Translations under genes and position numbers: made by a program
Shown: piece after piece, positions 51,757 to 64,000 of the stretch
How the letters are laid out: every line of letters begins with the position of its first letter
Position numbering within the stretch: position 1 is the first letter of the stretch
The notes under the pieces: generated by a model
Told to the model about the DNA's origin: nothing
Seen by the model: only the letters and a program-made list of their open reading frames with translations
Databases searched by the model: none
Source of the DNA: Takakia lepidozioides
Taxonomy: Eukaryota; Plantae; Bryophyta
Assembly: GCA_030704615.1 (NCBI GenBank)
Contig: CM060732.1
Location: 63,426,001 to 63,490,000 of the forward strand
Reading direction: 5' to 3'
Length of the DNA: 64,000 nucleotides

Positions 51757-53780
51757 TATATATCAAGTGATCAAGTTCATTGACATATCTTAGCAATTGA
51801 ACCAATATGACCAACTACAATCATTAGTTTAAACGACATTTCTCTCATTGGCAACCAAATCAACTTTGTAAGTAAGTTTCATTGATAGAAAATTACAATC
51901 TATCAAACACATTTATAATATTTTTTAATTGATGTCATAATTACTAGAGATTTTTTGTTATCAAGTACTACCAATTCAAGACTTATGTCTTCAAGCAAAA
52001 GATTAATGGCATGTTGGATACATCATGAACAAGTTTTTGGCAAGACAAAAAATTTAAATTGTCATGCCACAAACCGAAGACAAGGACGGTGACATAAGCC
52101 GCGCTTCTTCCAGCCCAAGACCTCAAAACGTTACTACAAATCCAAAGAGCACCACTTAGTTTGTCGACGTGGTTGGCTTGGATTGAATTCCCTACATCGG
52201 CGGTGGAGATCCGTTCCTGCCCGGAACCCTCAACCTCCCTCCTTCCACCAGTCTCTCTGGCTACATTGTTGCCTCCCAAGGTTAGGCTCAGCTGTTGTCA
52301 CTCGGCTCCATCAGAAATGACTCGTTTATAGTGTCATTCATCAAACCTACATTGCTCCCTTCCAACTTTCCTCATTGGGTATTTCCAACTTTAGTGCTAC
52401 GCAAGCTAGTCCCATAATTCAACTCGACAGAGCTACTATAGGCCAATGCCTCATGAAACTTTGGGTCCTTTATTACCAGTGTCACACCCTCCATGATTTG
52501 CAAAGATATCTCTGTTTATTCTTCCGCGAAGGAAAACAAGTGTCGTATTGGATGTTTATAAGTATCACGACTCCACTATAGGAAATTGATATAAATCTTA
52601 TCCTCACGAGATCTGAATTTCTCTTGCACACTAAATGTGTTTTGAGATCGAAATTACGGGTCGAATTTGTAGATGTAAGCCACATGAAGATTAAGTTTAG
52701 TCGTATTCTATTTCTTGATCGTTCTAGTTGCACTCTAAAGGAGACTAGTGAACCTATAACTACAAGCAAGCATAAGCATAATTGTTCCAGCAACACAAAT
52801 GTCCCGCGATCCTAAGCCAAATGTCCTGCAAATACCCTAAGCCAAATGACCTTGGGCCGAACCTGTAATAGCCCTAGCCCATATGATCAATCATGGGTTG
52901 GAGATACATGTATTTTTAGTATAACTATATATACTTATTAAAATACATTAGTGCTAGGTCAAAAATATCCTATGCCTTTGTAAGCTTAGTCCTGGTTATT
53001 TTTACCAGGACTCCTTTATTTTTTATTTTATTTTTACTCCTTTATTAATATCCTTTTAAAAAACAAAAACAAAAAAACACCGCTAAAAATTTATAAATTA
53101 ATTAATTGTTTATTTATTTTTAACAGAAAGGGGAGGAAGCCCTTGAGAACTTTATTGATAAATATTGAAAAATTTAAAATATTAAAATATCAAAAATAAA
53201 TTTAAAATTTTAGAAAAACCATCGCTGGCCCAGGTTGAAGGGGAAAATAAACTCCCTTTCAGGCCATGGAACAGCGGCTGGCCCAAAGGCAGAGAGCCAG
53301 CTACGGACCAAAAGAGCTATACTGGAAAAGATTCCAAGATTCCAAAAACCACGTGCCAAGCTTTTTAAAAAACAAAATAGAAAGGGGGAAGCCCTTTAGC
53401 ACTTTATTCAATTTATTGAGGGAAAAAAGCGGTGTTAAGTTCCTTGGAAACAGAACAAAACAAAAAGACAAATTATCTTACAGAATATTGCAATAATACG
53501 ATAATCGGCGGTGGCAGGGTCCACGTGTACGTCACGCCCTGTTTCTTGTGCGTTGGATGTCCCGTGAATAGATATGTGGGCATCCAAACCTACGATCAGC
53601 ACGGAAGGCTCGGCCCGAGGCTGGAGCCGTGCTTCCGAACCTGAGATATGGTATGCCAATTCGAGCCCCAAGGGTTGAGGTGCGGGGCAGAGATGGTGGC
53701 AGGAAGAAGGTGCGGGATGTTGCTAGTGTTGCACAATCTGGATTGAGCGATTGCAGGAGCAAGGATTGGTAGCAGGAGGC

Positions 53781-56700
53781 ATGGCAATGGCGGAAATACG
53801 GACTGATGGCGTGCCGAATTGGAAGGAGGAGCAAGCTTTTGAAGGAGATACACAGGAAGTCTCGGATTCGGACATGCTCACACTTTCCGCACACGATCGG
53901 CAGGGATTTGATGTCCACGACGGTGCTTGGGCTCGCCTAGGTTAGCCTTCATTATTCTCCGGGTTAGAAGAAGGTTTCAATCTTGTGGTATTGTCTGCGA
54001 GTGATTTCTTTGTCAACAATTACCTGTTTTGCATGGAATATAATTTCCAAGTAAATCTTTGTCTAAAGGGAGGATTTTTCTTTTTCTCTCAAAACGATTC
54101 CTAAGTGCACGAGATGGAGATGTGCAATTGTGTTCGTAACGAGTCAGTGTTCAGTCACTGGTATCTGATTTTCTGTAGAAGTTGAACGGAATCAGTCACA
54201 ATAAAGTGCGCCTAATTCAAAAGCTTAAGAGCTCAATGACGTAATTAAGCGTTTATGGTCTAAATTAGGAGTAACTGTAATGACCACAGCACTTTTGGAA
54301 CTGCTGTGGTATGATGGTGGGCGATGGAGGAGCAAATGTGAGTGTCAAAAGTTGCATGTTGGGCTGCCAAGTGAGATGGTTTATTGTTCTGTCAAGCCTT
54401 ATTAAACGTCCATGAATTGAAAGTGGTATCATCCCTGGAGTAAGGTGAGCTAAGCTTCCACATCTGTTTTGTAGTCTGAGTGTGTTTCTAGAATGTATTA
54501 CAGGCTGGTATCCGAAAGGCTGAATGCAAGTGAGATGAATTTCATGTTTTCACTATGCTGAGATGAATGTCTGTCCACCAGTATCAATCAAGAAGATGTA
54601 TCCAAACATTGAAGTGAAGACGGATGAAGTTTCACTCGGCCGGTCAGAAGCAATGGGTGACAAGCGCGTCAGTAAAATGCACTGTCGAATATGGAGGCAC
54701 CAGGAATCTGGAGTTGTCCATATTCGAGATCATAGGTCAGTAAGTGGATGAATGGCTTGACTGTAAAGTATCTTCATATTGGAGCTGTTTCACTCTGTTG
54801 CTGAGGGTTTAGGGTTTAGTGGTTTATCATAATTGATGGGAACTTTGGAGTTGTGTGTGTCCTATACTAGGAGTGGCATAGGTATGATGCCCACTCTACT
54901 GCAGGATCACAATCAGGCTGGGATGTGGAAGGTATTTTAGATTCTGTTATCCCAGGTTTAGTTTTTGTGGTGATTCTGGCTGGAACAGCATCAATGGAAC
55001 AATTGTCAGAGGGATTACATTGAAGAAGGATGAGGTTATGACACTTGAGCAAGGCGATGATGTGGCCCTGGGGCCTCCTGGTTCAGGTAGTGCTTCTTAA
55101 TTGTTTCTTTGAAGTGTCACCAGCTTCCAGGAGACATTTAGGTCTGTATGAGGGAGGGTAGAAGTTCTGTATGCAAAGTTGGGTTGAGGTTATTCTGGAG
55201 AGCCTGACTTATATGTTCTGGGATCAACAATCCCAGAGCTGTTTGGGAGGTTGGTATCAACCCATGAATCTCCCACATAGTGTTAATCATTTGTACACAA
55301 CCAATGAGAAACTGGGTCACGGGACTGATGATTATACTCGTGCACAGTGGATGAGAGACTAGCCATGGGGCTCTGGAGTCTTGACACTTGAGGGCAAATT
55401 GATGAAAGAAAGAGAGGTGGAGAGAGACTGATGGATGGATAGACAAACTGACCAAGAAGTGGGGCATTTTTTACTCATAAATTAGGCCTGCCGGCATACT
55501 TCTTGCAACTGCTGGGCGATGCACAACACCAGCCCAGGAAACGTCAGGTATAACCAATGAAACCACCTATCTTCCTTGTACCAATTGACTGTCACTGTCC
55601 TCTGAAAGTAACGTGTCCATGCCTTCTTGCTGGATTTTTCATTGAGGGCTGTGTGTGCAGGTTTTTAGGCAGTTGACTTCATTTTACGTCAGATCTTGAG
55701 GGCTCCAATCAGAATAGCTTCGACTTCTGAACCTGAATCCATGTACCTGTGCTCCCATGACAGTCCTCAGCCATGGAGGTGAGCAATGGTGGGTTTGTCG
55801 CTGAGGCTGGAGTAAATGGAGATTGTCCCGATACCAAGAAGCCAAAGGTAAAGTGGTGTGCCTCAGCTTACTCTATATCAATAGTGAGCAACCATGTAGT
55901 AATGTCTGAGCAGAGTTCCTGATGCTTTTGCAGGTGATAGATTCGATGGAGACTGAGGAAACATTGAAGTGTGGTATCTGTTTGAACATCTGGCATGATG
56001 TCGTCTCCATGGCACCTTGCCTTCATAATTTCTGGTATTCGCCCTTCTTACATATGCAAACACATGGATTGCATCAGACACACTTTTCCTCTTACTCAAG
56101 CCAGATTCATACTTGCCCTGTCCCTTCCAGTCTGTGCTATATGTGGCAGGCAGGAGGGACGGTCAAGACAAGGTTGCACGTTTGCTGCAGTCCCTCCATG
56201 GTCGTCCTTCCTGTGGGACCTACCATGTGTCCTCAAGTGTGAGCAGCCTTGTTTTAGCCAGGCTACTGTCATAAACACTAAAAGACTGCATATACATATC
56301 AAAAGAGAGATGTGGAGTTAGGCAGCCAAATGGCACATGTGAATGTTGAAGGAGGGCCCAACAGGGGCTGGACACCGGGATGGGCCGACACAGCCAGGGT
56401 GTCCCGTACCCCTGCTGCGTCTGGCCTGGCTGTGAGCTTCCACCTTTCAGGACGCACGCACGGGCCCCCAAATTTTGGCGAGTGTGAACGTGGCTTCACA
56501 GAAGGATTGCCACATCTAGCATGAGACAGTTTCTCTTCTCACTAGCACTCAGTAAGCCTAGGAGGGCTTGCCAACTTTTGAGACATCCATAGAGCCAGCA
56601 TCAAAGAGTATTGGTCAAATTCTTTCTAATAGATAAATAGACTATGATTAGATGAGCTAAAACCTCCACAGATTTGCTAGAGGGGAACTGATCATCTCAA

Positions 56701-59700
56701 GTTTATGACAATACAAAGCATCTTCCATTTTCTGTGAGTTTTGAAAAATTCCATCTGTGCTGATCTCTGCTCTCTCTGCTGGAAACAGCAATGCTTGTTT
56801 TTCAGACTGGTATCGGATACAGATGGTCACTGGGGTTTGCAAGTGCCCCCATTGCCGGGTCCCTGTAGTCTCTGTTGCCCGCAACCCCACTCTGCGGGTT
56901 CTTGTTGAGGTTTATTGTTTAACCTACTGAAACACTTGTGTTTTTTTGTTTATGGTTGATTATTCCTCTGCCTCTGTTGCTAGCAGCCCGGTGCACAAAA
57001 ACAACTCCATCTGAGCTCAGGCTCTCAGTTCCACTAGACTATTCTTTAAAGTCATCACTCCAATTGAATGGCGATGTTTTACATAAATGAGTGTCGATTG
57101 TCTAAAATTCTGGGGTGGTTGGCAGGGAGTATTGAGGGAGAAACCAGATCTTCGTCGCTCTGCAGAGGAAATTGCAAAACTGGATGCGGCCTCCCTCATC
57201 AAGTCTGACTTTGTATGGAAACACTGTTTTTGTCTCATGTCCTGGTCTTCCTGATGATACAATGGTACTTTTATCTTGCTGGACATTTTAGGTTTCCACC
57301 TTTTGAAGCACATGCTAGGAGGCCATAGGGAATTGAGCAGAATTAGTTCCATGCAGCTTTAAAATAAAAAGCAATGTGCTGCAAGTAATTGTGTGAGATA
57401 GTACTGTCCATGGGAGCCATAAGCTGATCTGGGCAATAAAGAGAAAGGACTACAAGAAGTCAATGCATGACATCTTGTATCACTTTTCTGTTTCTTTTTC
57501 TTTCGATGTGTCATTGTACTCTCCAGATTCCAACTCCATTGGGAAGATACCCAGGCAAATCCAGAGCAAATTACACACAATGCTGGCATAGGCGAACTAT
57601 GAAATCTAAGCCCATGACTAGCACTCTGCCAGCTGATGAAGGCATATTAGAGACCAGTATCATGTACTGGCCAAATGCCAAGTTTTGTTATCTAGAAAGG
57701 TGTTGTTGCTCAACTGAAGTGCATTTTGCCTTTACTGCTGCAGCATCATGCAGTCAAGTGTTGCATGCTCTAACGGGGTATACATTTCTCAGATGAAGCT
57801 TGCAGAGAGCATGCCATTGCACGCTACACAACAGCCAATCAGTGCTACTGACAGCGATACAAGTAGTGAGGTTGGATTGCCTTGCCGTCAGTGTGAACTC
57901 TCTCCAGATGGTGTGATACTCAGGCCTCACCTTGTCTTCCTGAGGGTTTACACCGAAAGGATGGATGGGGGTGTTTTCGGGGAAAATGGGAGAGATCTGA
58001 GTGAACTGTGTTGGTTTTACACTGCATAAACTTTGCCATTTTTGATCTCAAGGCTTGTTAATTTTGTATTATATACTCAAGTTGAACTCAGAGCCAGGGA
58101 TGGGTGGGTGGGGGTGGGGAGTTAGTAATTTTTAATAAGCAACAATGCCAGTTATGGGATTCAGTTCTGCCATTTCCTACCCAAGTATACAATACACTCA
58201 GTATCAAATGCTCATTGGCCTGTGCTGAACTTGTCCATGGGGTATAGGAGAAACAGCAGCAGTGAGTGGGCGGTTCAGGTGTGGACCAGAAACTAACCAC
58301 CTGCAGTGCAACTCTTGTTTCTCCAATTTCCCAGCACGAAATGATATCGATATTCCCCAGCTTTGTATGGCCTTCCATAACTGTCATTGTCCCCCGTCTC
58401 TCCCCAACCACTTTTTAACAGATTTATGCAATGTATTATTAACTTATTTTCCTGTACTACTACTTAAGTTTACATGCCATACAGTAGAGGGAGATGCACA
58501 ACTGCAAGCTCGAGTTCATGTCATACTAACTCCATTATGTGTTTACTGTTTACGGTGCAGGTAGAGGGTGTGGGCATCCCTATTGTGCCACATACTGGCA
58601 GTCTCAGAACCTGCCATCAGCAAGGCCTGTTGCACCATCTTGCACTGCTGTGCTCAAACCGGTGTGCCTCTCTGCTCCCCCTCTCTCTGCAGGTGGTGAA
58701 TGTCTAAACACTCTGGTCATCAATCCGCCAGGAAAAGTAGTACCTCTCCTTGCTGTCTTGTTGTGTGTTTATTTTCCCTCTCACCTGGGTCCCAGGCGCT
58801 CTCAGATTCTGTCCCATTTGCAGAAGTATTTTTGTGCAATTTACTGAGAAAGGAATCAAAGGCAGCAAGTAGTGTGTTTCACATGACCAAAGGTAGAAGC
58901 AATGCTCATAGGAGGGTTGATGTGTGATAATTCTGCAGATGAGTGAACGTGATGTCCAAACAATCCCTGGTAGAACATTCTGGGGTAATTCCTTGGAGCA
59001 ACATGTAAGCCCTTTCATCTCACAGTAGTGGAGAAGAGATGAGATGTAGCTTGCAATGACATATTAGTATCGTTTGTGAGTTCAACCAGCATTTCAAAAC
59101 TGGCACAAGGATTCTGTGCGGTGGATTTCGAGGTGCAATTGACCTGTTCTGGGTTATTTGCTCAGTACTCCTAGAAAGAAAACTATATGTGATGTGCAGG
59201 GAGTAGGTGAAACCTGTAGGAGATCACTTTTGAGATGAGCTGGATCATCTCTCTCGATCTCTCTTGTTTTCCGGGCTGTTGAGTTTGCATGCGGACAAGT
59301 AATGGCAGTTGCTGTAAAATAAGTTTGTAGTTGCAGCTGAGTTGCAGCGATAAGCTAAACCCTGGTGGATGTGGAACCCCACAAAAGGCTCCGGGAGGGT
59401 TAGTTTCCCACAGTGTCAAGGGCCGTAAGGCTATGGCTTGCAGGGGGGGGAAACCGCATGAGGACATTCTCTCTTGTTTTTCTCTCGAAGCTGAAGGGAT
59501 TAGATAGCAGAATGCCATTAAAAAGCTTTGCATAACCGTGCATTGAAAGGTTCACTGTGTCAATTATGCCCCACTCACAAAACGATGGCTCGCCTTGCAC
59601 ATTGGTTTACATCAACCATTAATGTTATTTGCAAACTTTGTTTGTGGCTGCAGATAACTCGTTTGTATATTATGGAGCAGAGATTCACATTGCAAGATAT

Positions 59701-61144
59701 CCTGAGGGATTGGTTGAACAAATTAGATAGTGGTGAAGCTGGTACGTTGTCACTAGTGATTGGCTTTTCAATTCTCTATTTTAGCTAGACTGGTGATGAG
59801 TTTGCCAAGTCATAGTGTATATTTCGCTGTAGCCACATGTTACATAGAAAGTACACATAATATAGCCTGTAAATAGTGAAAACACTCAAAATGTGATCGA
59901 ATTTGGCGAGAAAAACATTCAGATTGGGTATCTTGAGAGATTAAGGAAGTGTTACCCCCAGGATCAATGACCAGAGGTTCTGCTTTTGTTGTTGGTCAGA
60001 GGGGATGCTCATGGAGTAGATCTTTGTCTAAGTTGTGTGTGAGCTTGGTCAAGTTTTACCAGGGCCTCAGCAAGCACTACATCCCACTGATGGAACAATG
60101 AACAAGCCTTTAGCCACAGTCAACATGGTTCTTGCATCTGTGTCACCCTTTACTGCAATACCTAAAAGAGGGAAAAACCTGGCATTATTCATCCTGACTG
60201 CAGGTCCAGTTCCCATACCAAATGCTGACCAGTCTTCGGATACAAGTTCCCCCCTTATCACCTCAACAACACCTCTATGCGAGTGCGTGTCGTACTTATC
60301 TCTATTTTTTCTTTCATCACCCTTTCAGTTTCAGCAGAAGTCTCCCGATTCGGCTTTTCTCATTCATAATTCTAGCACTAGATTTGCTCCTAGACTAACG
60401 ATGAACTCAAGAATTCTTGCAGTTCTGGCACAAGGAGTGCTAGGATATGAAATCTCTACAATTTGTGGGTTTGAGTTGACGCTACTCAGTAGTTTGACCT
60501 AGCTTAGGGAGGTCATACCCACAGAATTTTCTACTTCTAGCTGTAGTGATAATGTATTTGCATAGACATTCACTCTCTATCTGACACAAACATGCGTGGC
60601 AGTAATTGTGCAGAGAATGTGGTGGCACACCTATTATATAAGTTCCGACTTTCTGTACCCAAAAGTGTAAGCTCCCAACTCTTCTCAAAGAGTAAAACTA
60701 CAGTACACTTCCTTTGTATGTCCATGTGTAGACCAATCATCGTGTGCTTGCTCTCTGCTCTTATGGTCTGCTTTATTTTGTCATTGTGCAAATTTAAGCA
60801 TAGAGACTAGCTGATATAAGCAAGACTAGCTAGAGAGTATAAAAGTATTTTTCTGACTTGCCTTGCCATAGCGTTTCTGGTGGTAGATCGCGTGCTCATC
60901 TTGTAGAAAGATTGCCTTGTGGCCGTAGGGTCATGTGCCCAGAATATTTGGAGCAGCTGAAAAGAGGACAGGATTGCTGTGGGTTTGTTCCTGTTGTTGG
61001 CAGGAGCTACCTCCAGAGGCAGCAGGAAGGGAGGACTGCTGGTATGGATACCTGTGTAGGACCCAGCATCACCGAGAGCTACATGCACGCAAGTTCAATC
61101 ATGCGTGCGAGCCAAAAATGGGCCGCACCCTAACCATAGCTTGA
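53781..61144 (+). CDS. CHFR: E3 ubiquitin ligase CHFR homolog (FHA, RING, Cys-rich, PBZ), ~541 aa, 16 exons
   Basis: Exons 53781-53940, 54582-54735, 54989-55086, 55486-55547, 55764-55847, 55934-56034, 56789-56909, 57126-57212, 57793-57910, 58263-58364, 58561-58661, 58939-59004, 59654-59741, 60204-60282, 60603-60666, 61004-61144. FHA: GR..SKMHC..SINGT. RING: CGIC..PCLHNFCNAC..CPHCR. C-terminus: REDCWYGYLCRTQ...HARKFNHACE. Confidence 0.92.
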
Positions 61145-63704
61145 CCACTCTCTCTCTCTCTTCCCTTTTTGTGGGTGGAGATTCCAGAAAATGGGGATAC
61201 AATTTTTGATCAATACAGTCAAGAGAGCCCAAAGTTGGATGGCCAGAACCACCCATATACGATGGACCTATGAGTAAAGAAACAAAAACTTTAGGCTAGG
61301 CTAGGAATGGACAATGAACATGAAACCCAGGAAAGCCCAGGAAAGCACAGGTTTTGTAAGTCAAGACCAACCAGCGGTCTGCGGATGTGAACCATCAGCT
61401 TTGTTCTCGTCTTCCTGATATGCAAGTCTGTCTTTTCTAGGCTGACCCTGCTAGATTCCTGCGCATCACACTGACTCCTCTCCCCCAACAATCCCTCCCT
61501 CTTTTTCTAATCCATGCAAAACGGAGAGAATTTGTGACCACCAAGGCTGTGGCACTCAGATTTCTGCCTTAGAGCGAAATGAAATGAGCTCTATGGTCCG
61601 AAGTCATTTAGAGCGGCTGGTTGAGAAAGCTAAAAGGCAGGGCAAATGGGATTTTCTTCAGTCTGGTTATTTATGGTATTTTGCAGTGTTGATTGAATGG
61701 TAGCTCAAAGTCCAGAGGTGTCAGGAAGCATGCTGCTTCAACTTGCTCTGTTTTCTTTGGCACATGAGTTGGGATCTGGTGGGATCTGGTGGGTCAGGGT
61801 GGGCCCTTTGTTCTGGACCAGGTCATTCAGTCGGTTTTGATAAGAGAAATGGTCAAAGGAACCCCCATGGGCACCTTGCTATGCTGACTGGTCCTCAACC
61901 ATGAGCGGATGGCAGATGCTGCTTCCTCTCCAGGTTGTGTTTAGGGTGGGTGTAGTTCAGACAAGGAATGTCTTTCATGTCCAAAGACGTGTATTTGGGA
62001 AGAGCTAATTCTAGAGGAAGCACCCCAATCTAGCACACACGATCAGTAGACAAGGTAGACCAGTTTGTAGCACAAGAACAGTACTGAATCCCCAGCCCTT
62101 CGTTGTTTAGGTTGCAATAGGAAATAGCTTGAAATCAAATGCCCAAACAGGATTCAAATTCAAATCTATCCTAGCCCAATGTTTTCCATGATGAGTGGGT
62201 GAAAACCCCCATTGGATAAAACCTATTTACAAGGGAGAACTCAAGCTAGGGAAAACCCACTCCCATGTAGAAAATGAAATCTTCTTACTGGAAGACAACA
62301 CTTCTCATGTTGATACAAATAAGATTGAACTCCAATTGAGAGTGAACAAGATCCGTCAAATGCACAGGATCAGGGGGGATCAGGGCATTGATCAGGAACT
62401 CTCCGGCAGCATCAAAGCAAGTCTCTCAAGCAAGAGTTGACACAACAATAAAGCCCATCAAGCTTGCGATTGGACTTGCGAAATGACCATGCTGCATAAA
62501 TTTGTGGCAAAGAGTTTGCTCCTCAAAGGACTTACCAGAATAATGCAACCGTCAAGTTTGTAATTGCCTCTAACTTATATGAACCTTTTGCAAGACTTTG
62601 ATGCTATACTTCACCTCGTCTTCCATGACAACGCATCTAGCATGCAGCGTCTCTAAGAAACAAGTCTAAATCTACATGTTTTGTCACGTAAGAAGGTAAG
62701 AAGATATCGCAATCAGCAACAGCAGGTCACTTGGGGTCGTATACAAATCGACTAATCCACGCCCTCATTGATGTTTGAGCTAAGGTCTACGTGAGTGAGC
62801 ATATCTTCAATATCACCAAAACGGAGATAGTGAGACAAACCTAGTTGAGCCCACGTCAGTGGATCTCGATTTACTAAATGGAGTTTAATTTCGTGAGAGG
62901 AGATCTGCGAGTGGAATCTTTCAATAGCTATCCATGTCACACTGTCCTATGCCACCCCTTCGCGGATATGCACGCATCTATTTGGGATTATGGCAGCCTC
63001 GCATCTCCACGCCCACGTAGCATGGGGTGCGTAGACCTCGAGCACACCTCCTCACTGCATTAGAGATTTAATTACGACCATGCAGTTGAAAGGTTCGGGG
63101 TTATAGAACTCATTAATGTGCTCTGCCAAAATAGATTCCTTCCCATCGATAAACGGGCGATCCACAATGTAGCTAGTCTAAGGATGATGAGTACAATTTA
63201 CATTTTTTAAGCAACCGACTTGGAATGATACCAGGCGAAGCAGGGCTTCTTAGAGGCGACAAAGACTGGCGTCACTCAGGCTTTGAAATGCCTATTTCGC
63301 CTCTACCAGGTATATATCCCTTTAAGAGGTCTTGGTGAGCTCACTGCACCACAGCTAGTGTTCGTCTCAGATTCTAAGAATCCAATGCACTTTCTCTCAG
63401 TGTTTCCGCATTGCCCACCCGCCAAGCCACGAGGACTTGGACTCTCGATATCCATTTCAAAATCGTAGTAACACGCACACATGCTGCCTACTCTACTCCT
63501 TCCTCTCAACATTCTCACAATTTCTCATATTTAATCCAAAACTTGGATGAAAAAAACCACACATTTCCTGTTAAAAATATTGGTACTTGACGTCTCGACA
63601 AAATGTTTTGGCTTATCTCAGATGCTTTTGTTCTTCCGGGTGCAGTTTATAGAAATATGTAGAGCAGTTTCATTCGGGCCTGATTCTAGAGTGGTCCAGG
63701 AATA

Positions 63705-64000
63705 ACTGTGGCCCAGGAATTAGAGTGGGACGCTTATGTAAGAAGGCCACGTGTATTAAGGAATGAGATGAGGGGGTCTAAAAACAGAAGGGAGGAATTG
63801 GCCAAATTTAGAATAGGGAGTCTTGTAAGGTTGACAAGTGTCCAGGGCCTTCTAGAAGGGTCCCAAGGTCGGCAGGCTTCTAGAAGGGTCCCACCGCCCT
63901 GAGACGGTATATAAGGGAGGCCCCCCCCCCTCTTACTACCTACTAATTTACTACTTACTAAATTAGTAAATAGTGGGCTCTGCAAAGGCAGGGCCCCCCA
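63705..64000 (+). mobile_element. Probable LTR start, truncated by the window edge
   Basis: CTTCTAGAAGGGTCCCA is repeated at 63849 and 63877, followed by TATATAA-GGGAGGCCCC. No partner LTR is visible. Confidence 0.35.

Noticed and set aside
56492-56502. GGCTTCACAGA, matching the Gypsy A motif, in a CHFR intron
   Set aside because: An isolated 11-mer with no flanking homology; compatible with chance.
1-64000. CRISPR array, rRNA or prokaryotic operon
   Set aside because: None seen. The sequence is intron-rich eukaryotic DNA with no regularly spaced repeat-spacer array.

Overview
Eukaryotic genomic DNA from a land plant; the TE repertoire suggests a bryophyte-grade plant, but this is inference. 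I reconstructed five intact multi-exon genes by hand from GT-AG junctions and reading-frame phase: a DOXC-class 2-oxoglutarate/Fe(II) dioxygenase (-, 8465-13864), an ACT-domain STY8/17/46-type kinase (-, 16031-24915), a canopy/saposin-like ER protein (-, 31604-37718), a cytochrome b561-domain protein (-, 38705-40805) and CHFR (FHA-RING-Cys-rich-PBZ; +, 53781-61144). The rest is mostly transposon debris: APE-LINE fragments, tRNA-derived SINEs, hAT and pogo relics, and MITEs. The most unusual object is the degenerate Ty3/Gypsy element at 118-6929. It carries a dUTPase-like domain between protease and RT. Its repeats are not a normal LTR pair but split, permuted repeats (B-PBS-internal-PPT-A-ga-B-A). 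This is the arrangement expected if a 2-LTR circle were opened and integrated at a palindromic att site inside the LTR.
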